Below, one piece after another: positions 62,260 to 64,000 of a stretch of 64,000 bases of DNA. Source of the stretch: Lophium mytilinum. Taxonomy: Eukaryota. Position 1 is the stretch's first letter, and each line of letters starts with the position of its first letter. The position numbers and the translations under genes were made by a program. The notes below the pieces were generated by a model that was given only the letters and a program-made list of their open reading frames with translations, was not told the origin of the DNA and ran no database searches. The DNA lies in the NCBI GenBank assembly GCA_010093605.1, contig MU004185.1, forward strand, positions 1,509,334 through 1,573,333. Direction: 5' to 3'.

Positions 62260-62470
62260 AGAACGTCGAGGGGCACGCGTTCGCGACGTATTGGTCAGAT
62301 AAGCTGCAAAGAGTACTAGATCTGACCACGTGAGCCAAGTTTTCCTCAGACACGGAGTGTTATGTTGAAAGACACGCATTGCCTAGTAATGTTGGAAAGA
62401 GTCCCATATCGAACCGCATAACTTCAGTTTCGTTGATCTCGATGGGGACGAGGAAGGGGCCGTAGTGTCA
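62260..62470 (+). repeat. Two family R units in forward orientation
   Basis: Aligns closely by eye with 36406-36590, for example cattgcctagt(a/g)atgttg(g/c)aaagagtccca(t/c)atcgaaccgcataact. Confidence 0.85.
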
Positions 62471-62559
62471 ATCCTCCATCGGACGCTACCTCGAAATACT
62501 GGCCGGCCAGAATGATCATGTTTCATATTGTCAAAAGTTCTCAAAGGACTCTCAAAGCG

Positions 62560-62754
62560 CTCCGGACCCGCGCGGAAGCAGAGACAGTGCGCCAGAGTAT
62601 CAGCGCGCACGCATATCTACAGTGTTCCGCGGTAACGAATGAAGGGCTTCGCGATGTGTTCGAGTGGGCGGCGAGGTATGCGTTTGTAGTTAACCCAGGG
62701 AAGGCGAAGCAGAAGATGAGAGGATTGAGGAAGCTGTTTGGGGCCTCTTCTTGA
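62560..62754 (+). pseudogene. 3' fragment of a Rho-family small GTPase
   Basis: AEAETVRQSISAHAYLQCSAVTNEGLRDVFEWAARYA resembles the Rho1 C-terminus ([29 protein letters not shown]). No G1-G4 motifs were seen upstream and there is no CAAX box. Confidence 0.6.
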
Positions 62755-63089
62755 GTTTGAGAGGCTGAGCCCGCTTGTCTTACCTGTGTCATATCTCCAT
62801 CTACAAACATCTTTCTTTGGAGGCACTTCCTAGTGCTACTACACATTTGAATTTACTCTGCGTATCTCTTTCTTCGCTTTCACAATGGCTCTGGTACTCA
62901 GGCTCTCCTCCGTCATTCGCCCCCACCCATTTCCAACCACGACACCTGCGCGATACCACACCAAAGCCCTTCTTCTACAGCAATGTCCCATTCGAAAACG
63001 TGCCCTTCCGCCATCGCCAGATAAAAACGATGGCCTCGAACGCAACTTCTAAGTACTGGTTCCTGCGATTCCCTCACTTTCTTTCCGAC

Positions 63090-63990
63090 CACAGGCCCTA
63101 GATCAGGTGCTTGTTAAGAGGATCAAAGAAGGCTGCTGGAGCACCTCTGCCCATTCGAAATAATGTCCAGTTGCAAGTTATTACGGAATCAACCACGCAA
63201 GAGGAAATTACTGGACGCGGAGGGGGTACGCCGCGTGCCCGCTTTTTAACTCGAAAGCAACGGGCCTTAAATTAGGCACTTGTTAAGAGAATCAAATAAG
63301 GCTGTTGGAGCACCTCTAACTTTTAGAATTGAAGTCTAGTTGCAAGTTGTTACGGAATCAACTGCGCAAGTGGAAAGTACTGGACGCGGATGGGTACGCC
63401 GCGTGCCTACTTTAGTAACCGGTTTTCAACCCGGAAGCAACAGGCCCTAAATCAGACTATCGGCAAAAGACTTAAAGATAGCTGCTGGAGCGCTTCTACT
63501 GATTAGATTTGGAGCCCCGGTTACAAGTTGTTACAGAATCAACCGCGTAAGAACCGTTTTAGTAGACGCGGAGGGGTACGCCTCGTGCCAATTTTAATAG
63601 TACTTTCTTTACCTAAAAGCAACGAGCCCTAAATCAGGCCATGGGAAAGAGGATTAAGAGTAGCCGCTAGAGCATCTCTGCCTATTAAATTTAGAGCCCG
63701 GTTACAAGTCGTTACAGAATCAACCGCACTAGAGCTTTTTTAGTAGACGCGGAGGGGTGCGCCTCGTGCCATTTTTAATAGCACTTTTCCAATCAAGAAG
63801 CAATAGGCCCTAAATCAGGCCGTCGCCAAAAGGCTTAGGAAAAGCTGCTGGAACACCTCCGCGTACCAGATCCGAAGACCGGTTGTAAATTCTCACGGAT
63901 CTAAGCATGTAAGAGTTTTTCTTTTGAACGCGCAGGGGTACGCAGTGTACCTCTACTATACCCCTTTATACCCTACGAGGGGTTAGTTAG
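63090..63990 (+). repeat. Tandem array of 5 units, 169/181/181/181-bp period, running to the window edge
   Basis: ggccctaaatcagg-like motif at about 63092, 63261, 63441, 63623 and 63804; gctgctggagc, gttacagaatcaaccgc and gacgcggaggggtacgc recur in each unit. Confidence 0.92.
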
Positions 63991-64000
63991 AGCTGCGATA

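Noticed and set aside
63960..64000. Telomere-like ggggttagttag
   Set aside because: No tandem TTAGGG repeats; too short to support a telomere call.

Overview
A gene-dense window from a filamentous ascomycete (Pezizomycotina, probably a Dothideomycete). The assignment rests on short GT-AG introns with CTAAC/CTGAC-type branch points and on the gene content. About 22 spliced or intronless genes can be read. Housekeeping genes include YJU2, VTA1, an MPD1-like PDI, an RTC4-like protein, TMEM14, OST2, ARO8, and a class IV chitin synthase head-to-head with its Sel1-repeat activator plus a WD40 gene. The accessory content is more unusual. (1) Two convergent Mx/dynamin-like GTPase paralogs: one ends in a ~340-aa nucleoporin-like FG-repeat tail with its P-loop on a 23-nt microexon, the other in a Ser-rich tail with an NLS-like basic patch. 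(2) A three-gene cluster of a Zn2Cys6 regulator, an NCS1 permease and an intronless, bacterial-looking arylsulfotransferase-like beta-propeller. (3) A dispersed family of degenerate non-coding tandem repeats (~98-bp and ~181-bp units sharing core motifs) at 36.3-37.1 kb and 61.3-64.0 kb, with an internal orientation switch and an embedded Rho-GTPase 3' fragment. All gene models and family calls were made by eye from the sequence; no database searches were run.
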